The notes below the pieces were generated by a model. That model saw only the letters and a list, made by a program, of their open reading frames with translations. It was not told the origin of the DNA and did not search any database. From Candidatus Latescibacterota bacterium (GTDB lineage: Bacteria > Latescibacterota > UBA2968 > UBA8231), in contig CBDCXV010000011.1 of NCBI GenBank assembly GCA_965223905.1, forward strand, positions 2,016,001-2,080,000: a DNA stretch of 64,000 nt, written 5' to 3'. Both the position numbers and the translations under genes were made by a program. This document shows, piece after piece, positions 20,305 to 29,195 of the stretch (position 1 is the first letter of the stretch; the number at the start of each line of letters is the position of its first letter).

Positions 20305-20841
20305 ATTTGTGCCGCTTCTTGCCAAGGTGCGACTGCCAGAAGCCGTACAACAGCGCCTGCGGAAACCATCCCATCAGGGGCCCGCACTCCCAGGGAGTGG
20401 CCCTGAAGATCGATTGTCCGAGCTCGGTTCTGATGAAGTCCTCGTCTCCGTGCCTGGGTCCCGGAGATACGCATCGGCATTGCGGTGCGGAAACTCCAGG
20501 CTCGATAGCTGTTTCGGCAGGTGGGCTGGAAGGTTGCTCAGGGAGGACAGGTCAAGCACCAGCTGAGGAACCGGCGTCGCGCAATTCCGGCGCAGGGCTT
20601 CCTCCAGGCGGTTGGCCTGGGAAGGGACGTTATCGATCACAATCACCGGAGTGGACTCGTCATCGTCGGACGATGCCCAGCGTCGATTCGTCTGGTACGT
20701 CCCGCCTTCGTACACCGCAGGTTTGACCGGGCCGCCGGGACCCGACAGCGGCTCCAGTTCGGTGTCGATGCGGATACCGTCATCAAACGAATCGTCAGCG
20801 CAGCCCTTCCGTAGCATCTCGAGTGTGATAGTGCAGGCCAT
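20305..20841 (-). pseudogene. csb1: type I-G (I-U) CRISPR Cas7/Csb1, frameshifted and truncated
   Basis: 'VKPAVY', 'VIDNVPSQANRLEEAL', 'FPHRNADAYLRD', then in shifted frame 'FPQALLYGFWQSHLGKKR'. Confidence 0.85.
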
Positions 20842-21266
20842 GCAACCACCTCCATTTCAGTGAAATTCGATTGCAGAACGAAAAGGTATGGGCGCAAGGA
20901 AGCAGGGAATAAAACCGTCATGTCCTGCTTCGAAGCCATCCCGACGGACCCTATGAGGGGGCGAAGCACATCGTAAAGGTGGTTATCGTAGTCACCCGCC
21001 GCGTTGGCACGAAGTATCTTTGAATTTAATATAGTGCTCTGTAGTAAGATAATAGTAAAATAAAAGACCATTGTTGTGATATGTTTTTAAAATTGTACCA
21101 AAAAAGAGCTTATTTTTGCGAGGTGACCTGAAATCGTGGGGGAGGTTCTCCGTCCCCACCAGGAAAGAGGACGCGGGGGAGGTATCCGGTGAACGGGACA
21201 GATTCCAGTTGGCAGGAAAAATCAGGACGATGCTACGAGCTAAAAGATAGGTGCAACGTATTACAC

Positions 21267-21359
21267 CTACTCCTTGGTCGGCCTGCGCCAGTGGTTCAAG
21301 ACGATCTGAATCACCTCAAACGCGACTTCCAGCACAATCGCCAACCATCTTGGCATCAT
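21267..21359 (-). CDS. putative 30-aa small peptide
   Basis: MMPRWLAIVLEVAFEVIQIVLNHWRRPTKE with AAGGA RBS; below the ORF-track cutoff. Confidence 0.35.
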   Translation of the reverse strand: MMPRWLAIVLEVAFEVIQIVLNHWRRPTKE

Positions 21360-21623
21360 GAGGTATCCTTCTCAAATTCAATAATAATTTCATTATTCAG
21401 GGATCGGATTCCCATCTTTTTTTCATCTCAGAGGTTTATAATTCTTTTCAGAAAGGAACCTTCCCTTTGAGAAAGGAACCTGTCCTCTGTTGGATTAGGA
21501 CATCGGCAGTTGTGCCGATAACAAGCCCCGGATCGCCGGTGGTACCGCGCATAAGGAGAACACAGTATGAAACGGCATGGCTTCAATCTAACCCTCGCAA
21601 ATAAACCTTCCCGAGGCCGGGTC

Positions 21624-21914
21624 ATGAGACGCTGCCTCTCCAGATGGCAGCTTCGGTTCCGACTTCTTCTCCTGCCGCTGCTTGGTTGCAGTGACGACAA
21701 GTCTGTTGATCCAGCAACTGCCAGAATCGAGGCTTGTGTGCGGGCGCAGGAAGAATACCTGAGCCTACTGTCGAGCTCCGAGGGTCCGTACTATTTGAAC
21801 ATTGCCAAGGAAGACAGCATCATACACAATCGGATGGTGGCGGGAAGTCGGTATCTGTGCGAGACCGGAATCCAACTAGGGGGTGAGCCGTTCGATGAGG
21901 CCGCGTGTTTCTAG
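21624..21914 (+). CDS. small putative lipoprotein
   Basis: 'LLLLPLLGC-SDD' lipobox-like sequence. Confidence 0.5.
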   Translation: MRRCLSRWQLRFRLLLLPLLGCSDDKSVDPATARIEACVRAQEEYLSLLSSSEGPYYLNIAKEDSIIHNRMVAGSRYLCETGIQLGGEPFDEAACF

Positions 21915-22163
21915 GAGTGTCAGCATCGGGAAGATAGACGCCGGGAAGCCGGGTTCGACCGGGGCAATGGCAGATCACGGAGATGTGCAAGGACGCCTGC
22001 ACCGCCGTCACGGTAGCACACCGGACTGAGGATTGAAGGAGATTGCCGTCTTCTACAAAGGAGAATAAAATTTTGAAGACTCTTGCTGACCTGTTGTGTG
22101 AGAACAAGGACCGGATCCTTCGACTCCTTCCAGGTTCGGGTCGTTGGTAGGTGACCTTATGCC

Positions 22164-23019
22164 GGAACCTATCTCAAAATTGAAATTGTTTAAGTACAAT
22201 CAAAATGGATGCAAGTTGGACGAAGCCAAGAAAATTCTCCGGATACAATTCCCAGCGAGTGATCACTCGACGCTGCCATTGAAGCCAAGCAAAGAATCTC
22301 TCAACCATCCAACGCCGCACATAACGCCGCAATCGCCGTCCATCCTGAGTCTTTTTCTTGGTCCGATTCTGGCGATGCGGGGCGATCATCTCGATCCCGT
22401 CTTTCTTAAGCTCTTCATCCAACGAATCGCTGTCGTACGCTTTGTCACCGATCAAGTTGTCAGGTTTGTCTTCGATCAGGTAAAAGTCAAAGGTCAACTG
22501 AACCAGCGTCACTTCATGATGGTTCGCTGCATGCGTGCTCACCGACAAGGGAAGCCCATTGCCGTCCACGATCCCCATGACCCGCACCCCCTTACCTCGC
22601 TTGGTGTGGCCGATATCGGCACCTCCACCCTTGGCCGCCGAGAACATGCCATCGATGAAAGCCTCCGATTCGTCCAGGCCCCCTTGCTCGTGAAGGGTCT
22701 GGGCCAGGTCCATGAGAACTTCGCCTACCACCCCTTGACGACACCAGTTTTGAAAACGGCGATGCACGGTTTTGTAGTTCGGATAGCACTGCGGCAACAT
22801 ATGCCATTGAGCCCCGGTGTTTAGAATCCAAAGGACGGCTTCAAAAACATCACGCGTGCAAACCGGTTTGCGACCCGGATGGCTCTTGGGACGAAGTTCT
22901 TCAGGAAAGTGATGACGGATTCGCTCCCATTGCTTGTCGGTCAGATTGACCATACACCAATGGTACATCACTGTCATTTCGAAAACAAGTTTAAGTTTGC
23001 CTATTTTGAGATAGGTTCC
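22164..23019 (-). mobile_element. IS5-family element (intact), inserted at CCGG
   Basis: perfect 17-bp IR GGAACCTATCTCAAAAT. Confidence 0.92.
22174..22953 (-). CDS. IS5-family transposase
   Basis: 'LTDKQWERI', 'TGAQWHMLP', 'GDKAYDSD', 'RWMVERFFAWL'. Confidence 0.92.
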   Translation of the reverse strand: MVNLTDKQWERIRHHFPEELRPKSHPGRKPVCTRDVFEAVLWILNTGAQWHMLPQCYPNYKTVHRRFQNWCRQGVVGEVLMDLAQTLHEQGGLDESEAFIDGMFSAAKGGGADIGHTKRGKGVRVMGIVDGNGLPLSVSTHAANHHEVTLVQLTFDFYLIEDKPDNLIGDKAYDSDSLDEELKKDGIEMIAPHRQNRTKKKTQDGRRLRRYVRRWMVERFFAWLQWQRRVITRWELYPENFLGFVQLASILIVLKQFQF

Positions 23020-23525
23020 GGTCAAGGACCTTTCCGATGGTCACATGGGGAAAACCCTTGGGGATCATCTGGCTCCCGACCAGACAGTCGGTCGCTTGCG
23101 CAGCGACCACTGATTGAAGGGGTGGGCCGAAGGCCCGAGGAGGCATCCTGGCAATCTCCACCACCACCGACTCGTCTTCGGGCGTCAGCGCAGGGTGCGC
23201 CCCGGATGAATTCGCGTGCGTAGCGCCGCCAGCCCTTCCTCGTTGTATTGTCGCAGCAACTGGCGGACGTACTCCTCGTGCAGGTGCAGGGTCGCCGACA
23301 GTTCCTGGACCCGCATCCCCTGGGTACTGAGGGAGATCAACTGCCCTCGCCGCATTTGGACGGCATTGCGGGGCCGCTTCAGCCATCGGCTCAGTTTCTT
23401 CGATTCGGCGGCATCCGGTGTTCGAGCATAAAGACACATGGCAGGACCCTCCCTGAAGAATGGCCATATGTCCCCCTGATACTACCACGTACGGGAAAGT
23501 ACAACCCCGAATCCTTAACGGAGCA

Positions 23526-24875
23526 CTAGAAAGCTTTACGCAGTCGATGGAGCCGGCCCTTTAATTCCGGATCGACCACTCGGCCGTCCGGTCCGATCCA
23601 CACATAGGACGGGAAGCCCCCGATATTGTAGAGCTCGGTCACCTTCCCCTGGTTGTCGATCCTGTCGAGGATCTGCGGCCAGGCGATGTTGTTCTCGGCG
23701 ACGTAGCTGGCCACGACATCTCTGCTCCCGTCGGTGCTGACTCCGAGTATTTCAAGCCCCCGGGCGTGCAGGTCATCGTACAGCGAAACCAGTTCGGGCG
23801 TGTCCTGGATGCACGGTGCGCAGGTGGTGAACCAGAAGTCGAGCAGTACGTGCTGGCCCCGGAGGTCGGACAGCATCAACGTGTCGCCGGACATGTCGAC
23901 AACCGAGAAATCGGGGGCGAGGATGTCGGCGGCGATCTCGCGTTTGCGGGCCACGGCCTCTTCTGCTGGCGCCAAGACGATGAAGTCCCCCGCAGGATCG
24001 ATGCGTCGAACCTCGAGGGACAGACCCCTTATGTTGAACGGTTTTTCGCTGAGGTAGAATTCCTCCGACTCACACTCGTTCTCGAAGATGCCGTCCTTGT
24101 TCAGATCCCACAGGACGTAGTTGCCGTGGCTGTTGTGGTAGGTGGGAACGTCGTAACCGTTGCGGATGGCGAGTCGCAGAGAATCCCCGTTGAGGACAGC
24201 CGATCCCGTGAGCAATTCATAGACCTCGCCTCTGAACTTCGGGTTGTCCGGAGCCCGGCTGCGGATGTACTTCTCGTATTTCACGACTTCGACCGTTACC
24301 GTCTTGCGCGCCACGGATTCGCCGTGGGAAAACTCGAACTCCACGTCCGCGCGAGCCGTGTGTCCGTAGAGCACGGGTAGGGCCCGACTCAACAGGCTGA
24401 GGACAAGGCCGTCGTCCTCGGGATGAACGGGGCTCTCGTCGGCAAAGTCCTCGTCGTTGTCCGTATCGAAGTAGAAGACCTCGTCGCCGTCCGCATCGAC
24501 ACCGTTCAGGAAGGAGACCTTCGAGTCGGCTTGGAGACCGACTGGCGGAGACCAGAGGTATTGGGGAGCGGCTTCCGCACCGTACCTGCCGACGATGATC
24601 GACTCGACGCTGAGATCGAAGATGCCGTAGAACCGGATGCTGGGGCCGGCGGGGAGTCCGGACAGATCCTCGAGGGGCGTGCGGCTGATCCAGCCACGGT
24701 CCTCGAAGTCGATCCCCGGCCAGTGGAAATCCGCCAGGATGTCCTCGCTGGGGACCACCCTCTCCAACCGCACGGTTAGGGCCGCCTCCAGGCCCTCGGG
24801 TTGGGGATGGGATGGCGTTGCCAGGAGTCGGGAGCCCAGGACGAATGCCAGCGCTGCCGGGTTTTTCCAGATCAT
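23526..24875 (-). CDS. secreted protein with C-terminal TlpA/AhpC-TSA thioredoxin-like domain; stop codon coincides with the IS630 end
   Basis: 'APDFSVVDMSGDTLMLSDLRGQHVLLDFWFTTCAPC', 'GFPSYVWIGPDG'. Confidence 0.8.
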   Translation of the reverse strand: MIWKNPAALAFVLGSRLLATPSHPQPEGLEAALTVRLERVVPSEDILADFHWPGIDFEDRGWISRTPLEDLSGLPAGPSIRFYGIFDLSVESIIVGRYGAEAAPQYLWSPPVGLQADSKVSFLNGVDADGDEVFYFDTDNDEDFADESPVHPEDDGLVLSLLSRALPVLYGHTARADVEFEFSHGESVARKTVTVEVVKYEKYIRSRAPDNPKFRGEVYELLTGSAVLNGDSLRLAIRNGYDVPTYHNSHGNYVLWDLNKDGIFENECESEEFYLSEKPFNIRGLSLEVRRIDPAGDFIVLAPAEEAVARKREIAADILAPDFSVVDMSGDTLMLSDLRGQHVLLDFWFTTCAPCIQDTPELVSLYDDLHARGLEILGVSTDGSRDVVASYVAENNIAWPQILDRIDNQGKVTELYNIGGFPSYVWIGPDGRVVDPELKGRLHRLRKAF

Positions 24876-25039
24876 GTTCGCTCCCTTCGAAAACCTGCTG
24901 CCGCCTGCCTGGTCTCTCGTCATCGGGTCGCCTCCCCGGCCAACGTCGTCACCGCATCGACCAGTCTGTCCAACTCCGTTCGCTGGTGTAGAAAGCCGCC
25001 AAGATACGCACTCCGGGATACGCACTCCGGTCGGATCGG

Positions 25040-25360
25040 TCAAGTTCGGTCAAGTGTTGGAAAGGATCCAGGCGGTCCGACGCCTGTGAGGTAAGCGCGG
25101 ATGGAGGCGGAGTCGGTCAGGACAGCAACGATGCCCAGGGCGGTGAGTTTTTCGATGAGCTCGAGAGGGGACACCAGCAGATGAGAGGTGCCGTCGGCCC
25201 ACGGTGTCTTCGGGAAAGGCGATTTGGTCATGGGCGGTGATGCGCAGGCGGCCAGCGGCAAAAGGGGGGGGTCGGAGGACGTATCGGCAGAGCCGTTCCA
25301 GGCCGATGCGATCATCCGCGCCAATGCGGGTAGCTGCGTGCAGGGAGAAGCCACGAGCCG
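25040..25360 (-). mobile_element. IS91/ISCR-family (Y2) transposase remnant
   Basis: 'GFSLHAAT...LERLCRYVLRP', 'KTPWADGTSHL...PLELIEKL', 'IVAVLTD..SIRAYL' over two frames. Confidence 0.8.
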
Positions 25361-25662
25361 ACGCCGAACTGCTCGACGAGCACATCGGCGTCTGGGTCCA
25401 GGAGCCGGAGCCCGGCTTCGATCTGGTGATCGAATTCCTGCCTGGTCATGCCGAGGCTCGGGACAATGCGGAGTGGGTCGTCACCCGACTCGTCGAGAAC
25501 GACGTCCGGTCGCTGCCGGAGGGTTTTCTGGCCTACCACCAGGGCACGCTGTCGCCTTATCGCGGCATGCGCGGGGTGGTGATCGAGACCGACGAGCATC
25601 CCTTGGCCGAGGCCTGGGCCAAGTCCGTGCTGGAGCGGTTCGCTTCCGACCGCATCGCCTGA
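25360..25662 (+). pseudogene. 3' fragment of hypothetical gene
   Basis: high-GC3 coding-like stretch abutting the IS91 remnant, no start. Confidence 0.45.
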
Positions 25663-25679
25663 CTTGGCCGAGCCGAAAA

Positions 25680-25998
25680 ATGAAGTAAAGACCGGCCGTA
25701 CACATTGACGCGATTCGGACTTAGCTAGAACGCTGACAACCACGGCTCGGATGCTTTCTCTTCCCCTGCGCTCAGCGGCTTCGCATCGGTGGCGGCCATC
25801 CAAGCCCCACATTTCTCCCCCGGTTGGCCGGGCAACTACAATCGGCAGGAGATCCTGCTCCCGCGCTCGAAGGATGCTCTCTAGGCGATCGGGGTATAAC
25901 CTCAGGCTTGAAGTAGAACCAAATTTGTACCTGAGCGAAAGAATTCCAAATATTCCCCTTGGATCCCATTCAAATTCCATCCTTGGCGGGTTCCTCAT
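25680..25998 (-). pseudogene. ParB/Srx-like domain fragment with a BrnT-like first heptapeptide
   Basis: 'LLPIVV...LDGRHRCEAA..RGRESIRAVVV'; begins MEFEWDP. Confidence 0.5.
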
Positions 25999-26059
25999 TA
26001 AAATAGTGGTCAGTCTCTCGAATTATGGGCGATAACGCACAAATCCATCAATTCAAAAA

Positions 26060-26311
26060 TCAGCTCGCTGCGTGCAATTCCTCACGCAACACTCGACGCA
26101 GGGTATCCTCGTCAACAGGAGGCTTCCTTTTTCCAAGGTAATCTCTCAATGCCTCGTTGATCATGGTTTGATAACCTGTCCCCGCCTCATCTGAAAATGA
26201 ACGAAAGGCATCCAGTATGTCGTTATCTACATACATGGTAATTCGCGTTTTTCCCCTTTGCGGGACTACCGCCCCTCGTCTCCCACGGCTGAAATCATAT
26301 TCCTGTTTCAT
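26060..26311 (-). CDS. brnA: BrnA-family antitoxin
   Basis: 'MKQEYDFS...KTRITMYVDNDILDAFR...GYQTMINEALR'. Confidence 0.9.
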   Translation of the reverse strand: MKQEYDFSRGRRGAVVPQRGKTRITMYVDNDILDAFRSFSDEAGTGYQTMINEALRDYLGKRKPPVDEDTLRRVLREELHAAS

Positions 26312-26567
26312 AAATCTTCCTTTCTCCCCGAGTCGCTGATCTCGCCGAAATTATCCTTATGGTTTCTTCGTAAACTGCATATACTACCACGAGGGTCCGC
26401 CCCAAAGCATCCAAACCAATAGTAACATGCCGTTCTTCGACTACCTCCCGATCATCTGCAACCGTCAAGGCATAGGGGTCAAAGAGTACCGATTCTGCGT
26501 CTGAGAATGATACACCGTGCTTGGCAAGGTTACTCCTGGCTTTTCCTGGATCCCATTCGATGTCCAT
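26295..26567 (-). CDS. brnT: BrnT-family toxin
   Basis: 'EWDPGKARSNLAKHGVSF...RIISARSAT'. Confidence 0.92.
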   Translation of the reverse strand: MDIEWDPGKARSNLAKHGVSFSDAESVLFDPYALTVADDREVVEERHVTIGLDALGRTLVVVYAVYEETIRIISARSATRGERKIYETGI

Positions 26568-26651
26568 CGTCTGAATATATGCATATTATGCATATATTAC
26601 AAATGGCCGGATAGCGGGGGGTGTAGGCACCTGCGAAAGTGCGCGTTGCGG

Positions 26652-27503
26652 TCACAGGCCGGAAAGCTGTTCCGCCACGTGGTCCGCGAGATCCTCGAAT
26701 TCACAGGTGCCCCGGTACTGCACGAGTTCGAACCGCTGCGCCTGTTTCAGCGTCTCGGCCCGCCGCTCGTTGAGCGTGACCTCGTGCGTGATGAATTGCC
26801 CCCACCAACCCAATCCCCGCATGCGGCCGGGACTCGCCGCGACGAATGAATCGCGGTAGCTCGCCGGAAACAGCTCGGTGTAGGCGGCGTAGCTGTTCAG
26901 CCACGAGCTCGTGCCGATGCGCCTGATCCCCGGGGCGTTCCCCGCCGCGTCTTCGAGCAGCTGCTGCATCCAGGCGAACTTTCTGCGCCTGTCCGCGAAA
27001 GGGGAATGGGGTGCCTTGTCGTTGCCGATGTGTATCTCCGCTCTGTCCCTGTCCGGGTCCCCCGCGGTGTAGCGAAAGCAGCCGAACCAGTTCATCCCCG
27101 CGTCCCTGGCGATGAGTTCCTCGAGAAGACTCTCCGCGTTGGCATCCTCGTACTGCTCTTCGCACTCGTACATCGGAACGACGAAGCCCATGGCGGCACC
27201 GGTAAACGCCCGTGCATCGCCAGCCCGTTCGAACGAGGTGAAGATGGCGGCCAGGCCCTCGCGGAACTCCTGCCAAAGCACGTTCGCTTCCGAGACCGGG
27301 TCCTGCGTTATCGACCGGCTTTTCCAGGGAAGGTATCGCCAGATCATGGTGCGCTCGTACAGGCACTTGTCGAAGTTCCCGCTGCCGTTGCGCGCCGTCT
27401 GAAACGCGTGCCAGAGGCAGAGGCCGGTCATCTCTCTCTTGAGCGCGCGCAGCCGTCTCGTTATATCATCGCCGGGATGGAAGGACCAGTGGTGGATGTT
27501 CAT
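26652..27503 (-). CDS. hypothetical protein
   Basis: 283 aa from MNIHHW; its 3' end is conserved in the duplicate at 13.5 kb. Confidence 0.65.
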   Translation of the reverse strand: MNIHHWSFHPGDDITRRLRALKREMTGLCLWHAFQTARNGSGNFDKCLYERTMIWRYLPWKSRSITQDPVSEANVLWQEFREGLAAIFTSFERAGDARAFTGAAMGFVVPMYECEEQYEDANAESLLEELIARDAGMNWFGCFRYTAGDPDRDRAEIHIGNDKAPHSPFADRRRKFAWMQQLLEDAAGNAPGIRRIGTSSWLNSYAAYTELFPASYRDSFVAASPGRMRGLGWWGQFITHEVTLNERRAETLKQAQRFELVQYRGTCEFEDLADHVAEQLSGL

Positions 27504-27614
27504 GGCGCGAAGGTAGCTTCGATGCCGCGGACCCGACAGAATCGAAGACATGAGGAGGTCCACCTCACATCGCATACAGCCCGAGACGGCTGCACGCCGA
27601 GGAGTTGAAGAGAG

Positions 27615-29099
27615 ATGATCGTATTGAACGGAGGACCCGGAATCGAGATAAGCGAAGCGGTGCTGTTCCCCTACGACGACCGCACGATACCGTTCCGGTA
27701 CCGGCTGCAGATCGGGCTCGTCGAGGGCGTGAACCCCTACAAGGGCCACCTCGTCGCCATGGAGCGGGGCGGGCCGGGGACCCCGGACAGCCGCGTGGTC
27801 AAGTACTACGGCGCCGTCTGCCAGGTCGAGGACGAGCTGCGGCTCTGGTACCTCGGCCACGGGGATATCGACGGCGAGCCGACGCCGGCGCAGGTCTGCT
27901 ACGCCGTCAGCACCGACGGCGTCAACTGGGAGAAGCCCGAGCTGGGACTCGTCGAGTTCAACGGCTCGAAGCGGAACAACCTCCTCCCCTTCCAAGCCCC
28001 GGGAACGCCGGCCTCCTGCTCGGTGCTCTACGACCCGGAGGACCCCGATCCGGCGCGCCGCTTCAAGATGGTGACCGAGGACAACCCCTACTACATCACC
28101 GTTTCGTACAGCGATGACGGCATCCACTGGAAGGAGGGGCCGAACAACCCGATCCTCAAGCACAACGCCATCGAGCCGACCGGGCTGATCCGGTTCAACG
28201 GCTGCTACCTCCTCAACGGGCAGGGGGGCAACGTCGGCACCAAGAGAGCGCTGGTCACCTTCGTCTCCTGGGACTTCGACAACTGGAGCGACGCCGTGGT
28301 GCTGGGGCTGCGCCGCGACCGGCACCCGTACCGGCAGATCGCCGGCTGCCACGCCGGCGAGCAGGTGCACCTCGGAGCCGGCCTCTGGGACCGGGGCAAC
28401 GTCCTCATCGGGGTGTACGGCATGTGGCACGGCGAGTCGAACGACCGCCGTTTCATCAGCATGGACCTCGGGTTTCTCGTCAGCAACGACGCCCTTCACT
28501 TCACCGAGCCGATTCCGGATTTCAAGTTCATCGCCGGGTACGAGATCGAAAAGGAGGGGAGCGACTTCCCCACCCTCGAGCAGGGCCAGGGGTTCGCCAA
28601 CGTCGGCGACGAGTCCCTCGTCTGGTACTCGAACTGGCGGGGGGGCGACCTGCACGTGGCGCGCTTCCCGCGCGACCGCCTCGGCTATTTCGAGGTCGTG
28701 CCCGACCCCAGGCCGAACCTGCTGCCGAGCGAGGACACCCATCAGCTCTACTGGCGGGAGCACATCGGCGACATGGTGCCGGAGTACGCCGAGCCCCACT
28801 GCATCTCCTGTCCCATCGACCTCAAGGGCTCACCGGCTTCGGTGTACGTCAACGTCCAGGGACTGTCGCCGCAGAACCGGCTCACCGTCGAACTGCTGGA
28901 CGAGCGCATGCGGCCGCTTCCCGGGTTCGGCAGGGCCGACTGCCTTCCCGTTGCCGACGGGCTGCGGACGCCGGTCGCCTGGAAGGAAGCGCGGATCCTG
29001 GAGGGAATCGACTCCCCCGTGCGGGTGCGGATCAACTGGGAGTGCGAGCGTCCCGGGGACGTGTTCCTTTACGCGGCGTACGTGGCGAATGACGGTTGA
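27615..29099 (+). CDS. five-bladed beta-propeller glycoside-hydrolase-like protein
   Basis: 'YAVSTDGVNWEKPELG', 'YSDDGIHW' Asp-box-like repeats. Confidence 0.75.
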   Translation: MIVLNGGPGIEISEAVLFPYDDRTIPFRYRLQIGLVEGVNPYKGHLVAMERGGPGTPDSRVVKYYGAVCQVEDELRLWYLGHGDIDGEPTPAQVCYAVSTDGVNWEKPELGLVEFNGSKRNNLLPFQAPGTPASCSVLYDPEDPDPARRFKMVTEDNPYYITVSYSDDGIHWKEGPNNPILKHNAIEPTGLIRFNGCYLLNGQGGNVGTKRALVTFVSWDFDNWSDAVVLGLRRDRHPYRQIAGCHAGEQVHLGAGLWDRGNVLIGVYGMWHGESNDRRFISMDLGFLVSNDALHFTEPIPDFKFIAGYEIEKEGSDFPTLEQGQGFANVGDESLVWYSNWRGGDLHVARFPRDRLGYFEVVPDPRPNLLPSEDTHQLYWREHIGDMVPEYAEPHCISCPIDLKGSPASVYVNVQGLSPQNRLTVELLDERMRPLPGFGRADCLPVADGLRTPVAWKEARILEGIDSPVRVRINWECERPGDVFLYAAYVANDG

Positions 29100-29195
29100 G
29101 GTCGAACGGCGGATTCATCAGTATCTATTCTTGTCGCAATAGCCATCCTGTACCTTTCTGATGAAACTCGCCCCGCCCCTTTCGGAAAGCCCCTG

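Larger units (their letters stand above)
22110..23528 (-). mobile_element. IS630-family remnant interrupted by IS5
   Basis: end TAGTGCTCCGTTAAGGATT at 23528; HTH region ORF 23185-23439; resumes after IS5 as '…HKVTYQR/TWKESKDP'. Confidence 0.7.

Noticed and set aside
17940-21560. CRISPR array near the cas7 stump
   Set aside because: No regularly spaced direct repeats seen
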